From NCBI GenBank assembly GCA_963815215.1, contig CAWFFU010000010.1:96001-160000 (forward strand): DNA of 64,000 bases, given 5' to 3'. This document shows, piece after piece, positions 31,838-41,498 of this stretch. The notes beneath the pieces are model-generated. The model saw nothing but the letters and a program-made list of their open reading frames with translations. It was not told the DNA's origin and searched no databases. Both the position numbers and the translations under genes were made by a program. Numbering within the stretch: the first letter of the stretch is position 1; each line of letters starts with the position of its first letter. This DNA is from an uncultured Trueperaceae bacterium (lineage in GTDB: Bacteria > Deinococcota > Deinococci > Deinococcales > Trueperaceae).

Positions 31838-33118
31838 GTGGTCGTGAGGCGCAACAGGCGTCCGGTCCTTGTGGTGATGGCCCTTGCCATGGTGGTGGCG
31901 TTGGCCGCAGGAGGGTGTGGGCCGTCGCAGCGCGAGCGCGACCTGCGGGAGTCGAACCGGGTGCTCGAGGATCAGGTGAACGTCCTGAAGGGGGACGTCG
32001 CTTCGGCCCGGCGCGAGCGCGATCAGGCGCAGACCGACCTCGCCAAGGCGAAGCAGGAACGCGATGCCGCCAGGAAGAGCCTGGCCGACGCCGAAGCGCA
32101 CGCCGCCATGCTGGGTCAGGGCCGGGACGCCGCCACCGGTGAGCTCCAGGCTGCGCAGGCGCAGATCGATACGCTCACGCAACAACGGGACGTGGCTCGG
32201 GCCGCCCTCGAGAAGGCATCGGCCGACGTGAAGCAGGCGCGTGCCGGCGCGGCCGACGGCTCGACCCCTGCAGTTGCCGTCCAGCCGGACGTTGCCACGC
32301 TGAAGGCCTCGCTCGACGCCGCCAACGCGCGGGCCGACGCGGCCGAGAGCGACGCTGCCAAGCTCCGCGGCCAGGTCCAGGAGCTCGAAGCGAAGGTAGT
32401 GAAGGCCAGCGATGATCTGGCGGCGGCCGTCCAGGCGCGCGACGAGCTCCAGAAGACGCGGAGCGCGCTCGAGGCGCAGAGTGTCGAACAGGCCAACGCC
32501 GTGGCCGCTGCGCGGCAGCAGGTGCAGGCGCTCCAGTCGCAAGTGTCCGATCTGCGGGCCGGGGTCGATGACGCGACCCGGACGCTGACGCAGCTCCGCG
32601 AGCGGGCGAGCGCGAGCGAGGTCGCGCTCGCCGCGGCCCAGAAGGAGCGCGACGCACTCAAGCGCCAGCTCGCGACGACGCAGAACGAGCGCGATGTGCT
32701 GCAGGCCCGACTCGACGCCACCCGGCAGCGCAGCAGCACCCTGGCGCAGCAGCTCGAGCAGACCGCGGGCGACCTGCAGTCCGCCCGCGGACGCGCCACC
32801 GAGCTCACCCACAGCCTCGAGATCCTGCTCGCCAACCATCAGGGGCTCCAGCAGCTCAGTCAGGTGCAACGGAGTGAACTCGCCGACGTGCGCCGGCGGC
32901 TCGAAGACGCCCAGACCGAAGTGGCACGCCTGACCGGCGCACGCGGGATCTACACGGTCCAGCCGGCGGATTCGCTGTCATCGATCGCCGTGTTCTTCTA
33001 CCGGAACGCCGATCGCTGGCCGGCCATCCTGGAGGCCAACGCCCACCTCATCTACAACCCCGACCTGATCTTCCCGGGCATGGTGCTGATCGTGCCGGAG
33101 GTCGCCGGGAGCGGTTGA
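31838..33118 (+). CDS. Lipoprotein with long coiled coil and C-terminal LysM domain
   Basis: Basic N-region, hydrophobic core, AGG-C lipobox; Ala/Gln/Leu heptads; YTVQPADSLSSIA...NPDLIFPGMVLIVP; GTG start after GGGAGG inferred. Confidence 0.8.
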   Translation: MVVRRNRRPVLVVMALAMVVALAAGGCGPSQRERDLRESNRVLEDQVNVLKGDVASARRERDQAQTDLAKAKQERDAARKSLADAEAHAAMLGQGRDAATGELQAAQAQIDTLTQQRDVARAALEKASADVKQARAGAADGSTPAVAVQPDVATLKASLDAANARADAAESDAAKLRGQVQELEAKVVKASDDLAAAVQARDELQKTRSALEAQSVEQANAVAAARQQVQALQSQVSDLRAGVDDATRTLTQLRERASASEVALAAAQKERDALKRQLATTQNERDVLQARLDATRQRSSTLAQQLEQTAGDLQSARGRATELTHSLEILLANHQGLQQLSQVQRSELADVRRRLEDAQTEVARLTGARGIYTVQPADSLSSIAVFFYRNADRWPAILEANAHLIYNPDLIFPGMVLIVPEVAGSG

Positions 33119-33128
33119 GCGATCGGAC

Positions 33129-33869
33129 TCAGCCCGAGCCGGCCAGCTCCGCCAGGCTCCGGGCCACATCCCGGTCCACCACGCCGCCGTGGTAGGTGAT
33201 GGCCGTGCTGACGTCGAGCGGGGTCAGCTTGGCGAGCGAACGGACGGCCTCGTCCATGTCGGGCGTGACGGTGGGCCGGGGTCCCAGGAGCCGCCCTCCT
33301 TCGGAGACCAGCGCGTCGCCGCAGACGAGGGTGCGGCTGCGTTGCAGATAGAGGCTCAGGTGGCCGGGGGTGTGCCCCGGCGTGTGGATCACGGTGATGC
33401 CGCCGCAGTAAGGGAGCACCTCGCCGTCTTCGACCGTTCGGTCCACCGGGGCGTGGGGCGGGTCCTTGATGACCGCTTCCACCTGCGCGCGCTGTTCGGC
33501 GGGCAGGCCCTTCAGGCGCTCGGCCATGCGCCCCGGATCCATCTTGATGGGCGTCTTCTCCCCCTCGATGTAGGGCCTGTCGAGCGCGTGGGCCAACACC
33601 TCCACGTCGTGGCCGACGGCGCGCAGGAGCTCCGGCAGGCCGCCGATGTGGTCGATGTCCTGGTGGGTGAGGATGACGCGGGTGAGGCGTTCGAGGGGAA
33701 CGCCCGCCCGGCGGCACGCCTCGCGGATCGCCTCGAGCTGCCCCGGCATCCCGGTGTCGATCAAGATCGCGTCCTGCTCGTCCCACACCAGCGTGGGGTG
33801 GATGGCGCTGGGACCGCCAAGGAAGTCCATCGTCAGCTCGAGTGCCTCGACGCCTTCGGCTACATGCAT
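33129..33869 (-). CDS. MBL-fold metallohydrolase
   Basis: LIDTG, THQDIDHIG, HTPGHTPGH, GDAL, YHGG. Confidence 0.88.
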   Translation of the reverse strand: MHVAEGVEALELTMDFLGGPSAIHPTLVWDEQDAILIDTGMPGQLEAIREACRRAGVPLERLTRVILTHQDIDHIGGLPELLRAVGHDVEVLAHALDRPYIEGEKTPIKMDPGRMAERLKGLPAEQRAQVEAVIKDPPHAPVDRTVEDGEVLPYCGGITVIHTPGHTPGHLSLYLQRSRTLVCGDALVSEGGRLLGPRPTVTPDMDEAVRSLAKLTPLDVSTAITYHGGVVDRDVARSLAELAGSG

Positions 33870-33998
33870 GTCGGCCTGCCCCCTATCGGTCCCCAAGGTA
33901 CGGCGCAGAGCGGGCGCCCGGCGTAGCGTGCGAGCCCGCTCCGGGGACGCCCGCGCTGACGAGGGTGGTCCCGGGCAGTGCTACGGTTCTCTCGAGCC

Positions 33999-34385
33999 AT
34001 GGACCTCCCCTTCACTACCATCGACGTCATCGAGCGCGCGTGCCTGGCCAAACCGGGTGCGGTTCCGGACCGGCCGTTCGGCCCGGAGACGCTCGTCTAC
34101 AAGGTCGAAGGCCGCATCTTCGCGCTGCTGGCCAGCCGAGCGACGCCCCTCGAGCTGAGCCTGAAGTGCGACCCGGAGCTGGCGGTGGCGTTGCGATCGA
34201 GCTACCCGGCCGTCACGGCCGGCTACCACCTCGCCAAGCGCCACTGGAACACGCTCCGCCTGGACGGAAGCGTTCCCGACGCCACCATTCGCGAATTGAT
34301 CGACCTCTCGTACGATCTGGTCGTGGCCAAGCTGCCGCTGGCCACGCGGCGCCGCCTGGCGTCCCAACCCCCGCCGGCGTCCTAG
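33999..34385 (+). CDS. MmcQ/YjbR family protein
   Basis: [36 protein letters not shown]. Confidence 0.9.
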   Translation: MDLPFTTIDVIERACLAKPGAVPDRPFGPETLVYKVEGRIFALLASRATPLELSLKCDPELAVALRSSYPAVTAGYHLAKRHWNTLRLDGSVPDATIRELIDLSYDLVVAKLPLATRRRLASQPPPAS

Positions 34386-35395
34386 CGCCCGCGCGAGGCG
34401 CCCTCCAGGAAGTCGTAGGGGTAGGGCAGGGTCACGTCGCTGGCCGAGGTCAGCTTCGCCATCTGTGCCTCCGACAGGCTCCAGCCCACCGCGCCGAGGT
34501 TGTCCTCGAGTTGCGCCATGGTCCGCGCGCCCAGGATCGGGGCCGTGACGCCGGGGCGTTGCAGCAGCCAACGCACGGCTACCTGCGCCGGAGTCCTGCC
34601 GGCCTCCTCCGAGACCTCCAGCAGGGCGTCGATCACGCTCCAGGTGTGCTCGTTGGCGAGGTTGGGCCAGCTCTCGCCCCATCCCTTCTGGGCCGCGATC
34701 TCCACGCGCGTGCCCTGGGGAGGCCGCTCCATCCCGCGGTGGTACTTGCCCGACAGCCAGCCGCCGCGGAGCGGGCTCCATGGGATCACGCCCAGGCCCT
34801 CGCGTAGCGCGACCGGGATGAGCTCCCACTCGGTCGAGCGGCACAGCAGGTTGTACTGGGGTTGCAGCGAGACGAACCTCTCGAGGCCGCGCTCGCGGCT
34901 CAGGTCGATGGCGCGCTGGAGCTGGTAGCCGGTGAGGTTGCTGGCCCCCAGGTACCGCACGCGGCCGTCCTCGACCAGCGTGTCGAGTGTGCTCATGACG
35001 ATCTCGATCGGGGTCCCGGGGTCCCAGGCGTGGATCTGCAACAGGTCCAGGTAGTCGGTCTGGAGGCGAGCGAGGCTGGCCTCCAGGGAAGCGAGGATGT
35101 GCTTGCGGCTGAGCCCTACGTCGTTGGGGCCATCGCCCATCGGGAAGCGCACCTTGCTGGCGATGACGAGCTCGTCGCGGTCTCGGCGCTTCAGCCAGCG
35201 GCCGACGATCTCCTCGGACACGCCGCGTGAGTACACGTTGGCAGTGTCGATGAAGTTGCCTCCGGCGGCGACGAAGGCGTCCAGCATGCGGTGGCTGTCC
35301 TGCTCGCCGGCTTCGCCTTCGCGCCCGAACGTCATGGCGCCGAGGCAGAGCTCGCTCACCTTCACGCCGCTGGTTCCGAGATAGCGGTACTCCAT
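34382..35395 (-). CDS. Aldo/keto reductase
   Basis: [36 protein letters not shown]. Confidence 0.92.
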   Translation of the reverse strand: MEYRYLGTSGVKVSELCLGAMTFGREGEAGEQDSHRMLDAFVAAGGNFIDTANVYSRGVSEEIVGRWLKRRDRDELVIASKVRFPMGDGPNDVGLSRKHILASLEASLARLQTDYLDLLQIHAWDPGTPIEIVMSTLDTLVEDGRVRYLGASNLTGYQLQRAIDLSRERGLERFVSLQPQYNLLCRSTEWELIPVALREGLGVIPWSPLRGGWLSGKYHRGMERPPQGTRVEIAAQKGWGESWPNLANEHTWSVIDALLEVSEEAGRTPAQVAVRWLLQRPGVTAPILGARTMAQLEDNLGAVGWSLSEAQMAKLTSASDVTLPYPYDFLEGASRGR

Positions 35396-35516
35396 GGCAT
35401 CCACTCCCTTGACGTCGGACCCGACCGCTGCGGTCGGGCCGCACCACCATGCTAGCCCCGCGCCGCGCTGGCGCGGGGCGCGAGCCGGAGTGATGGCCGA
35501 AGCGCTTGCCGGAGCG

Positions 35517-36356
35517 TCAGCCGCCTTCCACCAGCCGCGTGACGAGCCGGCGCACGGGGCCCACCTCGACCGCGAGCTCGTCGCCGGCCCGCAGCCAGCG
35601 CTTCTCCTCCATGCCGAGGATGACGCCCTCGGGGGTTCCGGTGGCGATCACGTCGCCGGGCTCGAGCGTGAAGTAGGTGCTGGCGTAGCTGATGATCTCG
35701 GCCACGCTGAAGATCATGTCCGCCGTGTTGGAGTCCTGCCGAAGCTCGCCGTTGAGCCAGCAGCGTACGCCGAGCGCCTGCGGGTCGGGGACGGCGTCGG
35801 CGGTGTGGAGCTCGGGGCCGATCGGAAGGAAGCCGTCCAGCGTCTTGCCCAGCAGCCATTGACCGGTGCGCTTCTGGAGCGCCCGGGCGCTCAGGTCGTT
35901 GCCGCTGGTGTAGCCCAGCACGTGGTCGAGCGCCCGCGCCTCGCTGACGCGCCGGGCGCGGCGGCCCACGACGACCACCAGCTCCGCCTCGTAATCGAGC
36001 TGCTCCACCTCCGGCGGCACCGCGACCTCGGCATCGGGCCCGGCGATGGCGTTGCCGAACTTCGAGAACAACACCGGGCTGGTCGGGATCTTCATGCCGG
36101 TCTCCTGGGCGTGACGCCGGTAGTTGAGGCCGACGCACAGGATCTTGCCGGGGCGCGGGACGGGCGGGCCGAGCCGGAGCCGGCTCGCATCGATGGGAGA
36201 GCGCCCCTCATCGGCGATGCGCGCGAGCTCGGGCAGCGCCGACAGGCCGCGGGCGGCGAGCTCGTCGGCGCTGAGGTCGGTGCGCGTGACGGTGTCGCCG
36301 TCGCGCACGCCGACGCGAAGGACGCCCTCGGAGTCGTAGTAGCTGACGAGGATCAT
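35517..36356 (-). CDS. Fumarylacetoacetate hydrolase family protein
   Basis: [35 protein letters not shown]. Confidence 0.92.
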   Translation of the reverse strand: MILVSYYDSEGVLRVGVRDGDTVTRTDLSADELAARGLSALPELARIADEGRSPIDASRLRLGPPVPRPGKILCVGLNYRRHAQETGMKIPTSPVLFSKFGNAIAGPDAEVAVPPEVEQLDYEAELVVVVGRRARRVSEARALDHVLGYTSGNDLSARALQKRTGQWLLGKTLDGFLPIGPELHTADAVPDPQALGVRCWLNGELRQDSNTADMIFSVAEIISYASTYFTLEPGDVIATGTPEGVILGMEEKRWLRAGDELAVEVGPVRRLVTRLVEGG

Positions 36357-36500
36357 GGTGCCTCCCGCAGGGGGCCGGCGTGCCCGCAGGCACCCGACGG
36401 CCTGGTGACGATCGGTCCCAAGCCTACCCGCCCTGCGCCTACGGGGTGGCGAGTCGCCCGCGCCTCCGGGGCCGGGCTCACGACCGCCCCCGGTGAGCGG

Positions 36501-37541
36501 TCAACGAGAAAGCCCTCCACCGTCGGCTCGATCCGGGTGAGCGCCGCCTCCGTCGGGCGGCAGTGCCTGGGGGAGGGTGCGCCCGGATCGCAGTGCGCGC
36601 ACGATGGGGAGCAGGTGAGCCTCCACGAAGACCGGATCGGGGGCATGCCGGTACTCGAAGGCCCGCTCGTGAGTGCCGAGCAGCGAGCGCACGGATTCGG
36701 CGCCGCTGGCATAGACGACGACGTCGCTCCGGGAGAGAAGGCCCGGTAGATGCGGATCGGTCGCCAGGCAGTAGGCGATGGAGGAGACATGGGGGGCGTA
36801 GCGCGCGATGCCTGCCTCGAGCGCCGGGAGGAAGCCGGGGAGGCGGGCGACGCCGAGGAGCCGCTGTCGAGGGTCGATCTGGGCCAGCGACACCCGCGTA
36901 GGCTCGCTCGGCACGAACTGCAGGTAGGTGACGGGCACCGCCTCGGCCAGCCGGGCGCGTACTTCCTTGACGCGGTAGGGGAAGGTCACGATCAGATCGA
37001 TGCCGGCCTCCGGCGTGAGCGTGTCGACGGTCAGGTCGTCGAAGGTCGCGGCCCGCACCCGTGCGAGGCCTGCGAGGCTCTTCTGCAGGGCTTCAGCGTA
37101 GCCCTGGGTGGCGGCGTCGAACATGCCAACGACGAGGACCGTGACTTCGCGGCCCCGTCGTTTGCTGCCGGCGAGGTGATCGCCGAGCCGGCGCAGCAGT
37201 TGATCGTCGTCGAGCCCCAGGCGCCGGCCTTCGACGATGACGCGGTCCAGGACGGCCTCCAGATGGCTGTCGCGTGGATCCCCGGCGAGGACCCCGATGG
37301 ACTCCGTGACGTAGGTGCCGCGCCCGGTCCGAGCGACGAGGAGACCGGCTTTCTGAAGCTCGCGGTAGACCTGGGAGACGGTGACCGGCGACACCCCCAA
37401 GCGCTCGGCGAGGCGCCGCACGGTCGGAAGGCGGGTCCCCGGAGCCAGGTCACCGCAGGCGATGGCGTACTCCACCTGACCCCTGAGCTGGACGCCCAGC
37501 GCAACGGTGCTCGATCGGTCGATGAAGGGTCGGAACGGCAT
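36501..37541 (-). CDS. GntR-family regulator (YtrA-like HTH with long C-terminal region)
   Basis: LPTVRRLAERLGVSPVTVSQVYRELQKAGLL...GRGTYV. Confidence 0.85.
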   Translation of the reverse strand: MPFRPFIDRSSTVALGVQLRGQVEYAIACGDLAPGTRLPTVRRLAERLGVSPVTVSQVYRELQKAGLLVARTGRGTYVTESIGVLAGDPRDSHLEAVLDRVIVEGRRLGLDDDQLLRRLGDHLAGSKRRGREVTVLVVGMFDAATQGYAEALQKSLAGLARVRAATFDDLTVDTLTPEAGIDLIVTFPYRVKEVRARLAEAVPVTYLQFVPSEPTRVSLAQIDPRQRLLGVARLPGFLPALEAGIARYAPHVSSIAYCLATDPHLPGLLSRSDVVVYASGAESVRSLLGTHERAFEYRHAPDPVFVEAHLLPIVRALRSGRTLPQALPPDGGGAHPDRADGGGLSR

Positions 37542-37583
37542 GGTCGTCCCCTCGCGGCAAGCCGGATGAGATCGATGAGTGTC

Positions 37584-37603
37584 TGTTACAGCCGACTGTA
37601 ACG
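37584..37603. promoter_or_regulatory. Candidate GntR operator 1
   Basis: Perfect IR GTTACAG-CCGA-CTGTAAC upstream of gntR. Confidence 0.6.
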
Positions 37604-37713
37604 ATTGCGGGCGCCAGGGTCAACCGTGAGAAGGGGTCGGATGGCGCCGAGGCGATCAACCGTGTTGCCGACGGCAAAGTCGGTCCGAGGGGCCGGCCGC
37701 CGCGGGGCGGACG

Positions 37714-37752
37714 TTGACGGCCGCTCGTAGTTGTCCTATATTCGTGTAACAA
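37714..37752 (+). promoter_or_regulatory. Sigma70-type promoter overlapped by candidate GntR operator 2
   Basis: TTGACG-17nt-TATATT; TTGTCCTATATTCGTGTAACAA matches the geometry of operator 1. Confidence 0.65.
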
Positions 37753-37893
37753 TTTTCGTCGTTCCAATGGGCGCACGACGGGGAGGGGGACCCACCGTTC
37801 GTGGATCTCGGGCCCGCTGCCGGGTTCCTGTCAGTTCCTTACGGCACCGCTCGTATGCATCCGCATCGCATGCATCCGCACAGAGGAGGCAGC

Positions 37894-39447
37894 ATGAAAC
37901 GTACGCTCACGCTCGTCCTGGCCCTGCTGGCGCTCCTGGGCACCACCGCGTTCGCCCAGAAGACGCTCGTCATCGCGATCCAGGCCGATCCTACCGGTTT
38001 CGACCCGGAGGCCGTCCTGAACAACACCTCCGGCTTCATCATGTCGGCGGTGTTCGACAGCCTTGTCCGCTACAAGCCCGGCACCGTGGATGTGGCACCC
38101 GGCCTGGCGGAGAGCTGGGACATCTCGAGCGACGGGCTCACCTACACGTTCCATCTGCGTCACGGCGTGACCTTCTCCGACGGCACTCCGTTCAACGCGC
38201 AGACCTACGTCAAGAGCCTCGATCGCCTGTTCAACAAGAGCGACCCCGCGTACATCTACAACACCGGACCGGTGGAGAGCTACATCGATTTCACCTACGG
38301 TGCCGTGGCGAGCTACAAGGCGCTGGACGACTACACCGTTCAGTTCACGCTCAAGCACCCGTTCGCACCGTTCCTGACGAGCCTGGCGATGGTCTGGAAC
38401 GGCGTGGTCAGTCCGACGGCGGCTGTGAAGTACGGTAAGGACTTCCGTAACAACCCCGTCGGCACGGGTCCGTTCATCCTCAAGGAATGGGTCCACAACG
38501 ATCACATCACGCTCGACGCCAATCCCAACTACTGGGGCGGCAAGCCCAAGGTCGATCGCGTCATCTTCAAGGTGATTCCCGATTCGCAGACGGCGGTCCT
38601 GCAGATGAAGCAGGGTCAGGTCCAGATCCTGGCCGACGTGTCCAGCCAGGTGATCCCGGCGATCAAGTCCGATCCCCACCTCAAGCTCGTGACGCAACCC
38701 GGTCTGACCGTCAACGGTATCGCGCTGCCCACCGACACCAAGCCGTTCGACGATCCCCGCGTTCGGCAGGCGCTGAACTACGCTATCGACCGCGCGGCCA
38801 TCAACAAGTCCCTGTACAACGACCTCGCCGTGCCCATGACGTCTCCGTTGCCCGAGGCGCAGTGGGGCTTCGACAAGAGCCTGCAGCCCTACACCTACGA
38901 CCCCGCCAAGGCCAAGCAGCTCCTCGCCGATGCCGGCTACCCCAACGGCTTCAAGGCCGAGCTGCTGGCATACAACTCGGCGCGCGGCTACAATCCCGCC
39001 GGCGCTCAGATGGCGGTGGCCATCCAGAGCTACCTGAAGAAGGTGGGCGTGGACGTGTCGATCCAGCAGATGGAGTTCGGCTCGTTCCTCGCCAAGGTGC
39101 GTTCCGGCGACTACCACGGTATGGCCATGACCGGCTGGTCGGGTGACAACGGCGACCCGGACAACTTCCTGTACGAGCTGTTCGACTCGGCGACGATCCC
39201 GGTCGGTGACACCTCGCACTACAAGAACGACCAGGTCGATAGCCTGCTCCTGCAGGCCCAGAAGGAGACCGACTACGCCAAGCGGGTGGCGCTCTACGAG
39301 CAGGCGCAGCAGATCATCTGGCAGGGGGCTCCCTGGATCTTCCTCAACAACACCTTGCAGGTGCGGGCCACGACCGACAACGTGACCGGCTTCGTGCTCA
39401 ACCCCACGCAGATGTTCTTCGGACTGGAGAACGTCGGCCTGCAGTGA
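37894..39447 (+). CDS. ABC transporter substrate-binding protein, family 5 (DppA-like)
   Basis: Signal peptide AFA-Q, PGLAESWDISSDGLTYTFHLRHGVTFSDGTPF, GTGPF; GAGGAGG RBS. Confidence 0.92.
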   Translation: MKRTLTLVLALLALLGTTAFAQKTLVIAIQADPTGFDPEAVLNNTSGFIMSAVFDSLVRYKPGTVDVAPGLAESWDISSDGLTYTFHLRHGVTFSDGTPFNAQTYVKSLDRLFNKSDPAYIYNTGPVESYIDFTYGAVASYKALDDYTVQFTLKHPFAPFLTSLAMVWNGVVSPTAAVKYGKDFRNNPVGTGPFILKEWVHNDHITLDANPNYWGGKPKVDRVIFKVIPDSQTAVLQMKQGQVQILADVSSQVIPAIKSDPHLKLVTQPGLTVNGIALPTDTKPFDDPRVRQALNYAIDRAAINKSLYNDLAVPMTSPLPEAQWGFDKSLQPYTYDPAKAKQLLADAGYPNGFKAELLAYNSARGYNPAGAQMAVAIQSYLKKVGVDVSIQQMEFGSFLAKVRSGDYHGMAMTGWSGDNGDPDNFLYELFDSATIPVGDTSHYKNDQVDSLLLQAQKETDYAKRVALYEQAQQIIWQGAPWIFLNNTLQVRATTDNVTGFVLNPTQMFFGLENVGLQ

Positions 39448-39481
39448 CCCACGACGGCGCCTTCCATCGCGCCCTTCGCGT

Positions 39482-39520
39482 CCCCCACGCCTCGCCGCAG
39501 CGGCGGCGAGGCGGTGGGGG
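39482..39520 (+). terminator. Intra-operon hairpin after SBP gene
   Basis: CCCCCACGCCTCGCCGC-AGCG-GCGGCGAGGCGGTGGGGG. Confidence 0.5.
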
Positions 39521-39553
39521 GCGTTCTCCGAGCCCGTCCCGAGCGGACCCGTA

Positions 39554-40558
39554 ATGTTCCAGTACACGTCGCGACGCGTCCTCCAACTGCTCCCCGTGAT
39601 CCTGGGCGTGAGCCTGCTGGTGTTCTTCGCCATGCACGTGCTGCCCGGCGACGTCGCCACGCTTCTCCTGGGTGATCGGGCTACCGCCAAGCAGCTCGCC
39701 GACCTGCGGCACCAGCTGGGGCTGGACGATCCCATCTGGGTGCAGTACTGGACCTTCCTGGTCTCGGGGCTCCAGGGAGACTTCGGTACCTCGCTACGGA
39801 CCAACAAGCCCGCCATGGACATGGTGCTCGGGGCGTTCCCCGTGACCTTTCAACTCGCCGTATCGGCCCTCGTCATCGCGCTCGCCGCCGGGATCCCGAT
39901 GGGGGTCGTCGCCGGCGTGAGGCCGGGCGGCTGGTTCGACAACCTGCTGCTCGCGTTGTCGTTGATCGGGGTGTCGATGCCGATCTTCTGGCTCGGCCTG
40001 ATGCTGATCCTGGTCTTCGGCGGTCATCTCGGATGGCTTCCGATCGGCGGCGTGCTCGACATCGGGCAGAGCGTCCATCGGATCACCGGCATGCCCATCC
40101 TCGACGCCATTCTCGAAGGCAATTGGGCTGCTTTCGGCAGCGCCGCGCGCCACCTCGTCCTGCCCGCCGCCACGCTCGCCACCATCCCGCTGGCCCTCAT
40201 CACGCGCATCACGCGGGCCGAAGTGGTGGGCGCCCTCGCTCACGACTACGTGCGGACCGCGCGGGCGAAGGGTGTCCGCGAGCGTGGGGTGGTCCTGCGA
40301 CACGCCCTTCGCAACGGCATGATCCCGGTGGTCACCGTGGTCGGTCTGCAGTTCGGTCTGCTGCTGTCCGGGGCGGTGCTCACGGAGACGATCTTCTCGC
40401 TTCCCGGGCTCGGCCGCCTCATGGTCGACTCGATCCTCAACCGCGACTACCCGGTGGTCCAGGCCGGAGCCATCCTGGTCGCTCTCGTGTTCGTGTTCAT
40501 CAACCTCGTTGTGGACATGTCCTATGCCTACCTCGATCCGAGGATCCGCTACCAATGA
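39554..40558 (+). CDS. dppB: Peptide ABC permease (DppB-like)
   Basis: LPGD, DYVRTARAKG, HALRN, RDYPVVQ, LDPRIRY. Confidence 0.88.
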   Translation: MFQYTSRRVLQLLPVILGVSLLVFFAMHVLPGDVATLLLGDRATAKQLADLRHQLGLDDPIWVQYWTFLVSGLQGDFGTSLRTNKPAMDMVLGAFPVTFQLAVSALVIALAAGIPMGVVAGVRPGGWFDNLLLALSLIGVSMPIFWLGLMLILVFGGHLGWLPIGGVLDIGQSVHRITGMPILDAILEGNWAAFGSAARHLVLPAATLATIPLALITRITRAEVVGALAHDYVRTARAKGVRERGVVLRHALRNGMIPVVTVVGLQFGLLLSGAVLTETIFSLPGLGRLMVDSILNRDYPVVQAGAILVALVFVFINLVVDMSYAYLDPRIRYQ

Positions 40559-41421
40559 CGACCGCAACGCGTACGACCGAGCCGCGCAGCAGCAGCGCGC
40601 GCGCACGCCAGCTTCGCCGGCTGTTGCGAAAGCCGAACTTCATCGTCGGGAGCGTCATCGTACTGGCATTCCTGGCGGTGACGCTGCTCGCACCCGTGCT
40701 GACGCCGTACGATCCCACCGAAGGCGACTTCATGAGCGCACAGTCGCCTCCCGTGGCGGGTCACCCGCTCGGCACCGACCAGTACGGTCGAGATCTTCTG
40801 ACCCGCGTGCTCTATGGGACGCGCACCGCGCTGCTGGCGATCGTCGTTGCGGACGGGATCGCGCTGCTGGCGGGAAGCGCACTGGGACTCGCGGCGGGCT
40901 TCTACGGCGGCGCCACGGATAGCGTCATCATGCGCATCGTCGACGTCCTGCTGGCGTTCCCCTATCTGTTGCTGGCGCTCATCATCGTGGCCGCGCTCGG
41001 TCCCAGCCTGGTCAACGCCATGGTCGCGATCGGCGTCGTCTACACTCCGCAGTACGCGCGCCTGATGCGTGGCAAGGCCCTCTCCATCCGGCAGCAGGAG
41101 TTCGTTCACTCCGCTCGCGCCCTAGGGGCTCGGGATGTCCGGATCATGGCGCGGCACGTTCTTCCCAACAGTCTGGTGCCGATCCTCGTGACCGCCACCC
41201 TGCAGGCCGGCACCGTGATCGTCGAAACGGCGGGGCTGTCCTTCCTCGGACTCGGAGCGCAGCCGCCGACGCCGGACTGGGGGGCGATCCTGGCCGACGG
41301 GCAGAGCTACTTCCTGACGTCGTGGTGGATCGCGACATTCCCCGGGCTGGCCATCCTGTTGGTGGTCCTGGGCTTCAACCTCGTGGGCGATGCCCTTCGG
41401 GACACGCTCGAAGGAGCTTGA
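40555..41421 (+). CDS. dppC: Peptide ABC permease (DppC-like)
   Basis: HPLGTDQYGRD, EFVHSARALG, SFLGLGAQPPTPDWG, NLVGDALRD. Confidence 0.88.
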   Translation: MTTATRTTEPRSSSARARQLRRLLRKPNFIVGSVIVLAFLAVTLLAPVLTPYDPTEGDFMSAQSPPVAGHPLGTDQYGRDLLTRVLYGTRTALLAIVVADGIALLAGSALGLAAGFYGGATDSVIMRIVDVLLAFPYLLLALIIVAALGPSLVNAMVAIGVVYTPQYARLMRGKALSIRQQEFVHSARALGARDVRIMARHVLPNSLVPILVTATLQAGTVIVETAGLSFLGLGAQPPTPDWGAILADGQSYFLTSWWIATFPGLAILLVVLGFNLVGDALRDTLEGA

Positions 41422-41498
41422 GGCCAAGGCCGGGTCCGCTGGGCCGTCCCGCACGCGCTTGGGCCCCGCGGCGGCGCCCGGGCTTCAGAGCTCCGGTT

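Noticed and set aside
37672..37705. GGCAAA plus hairpin resembling a c-di-GMP-I riboswitch
   Set aside because: Lacks the GNRA loop and GACGCAAA segment, and lies upstream of the predicted promoter
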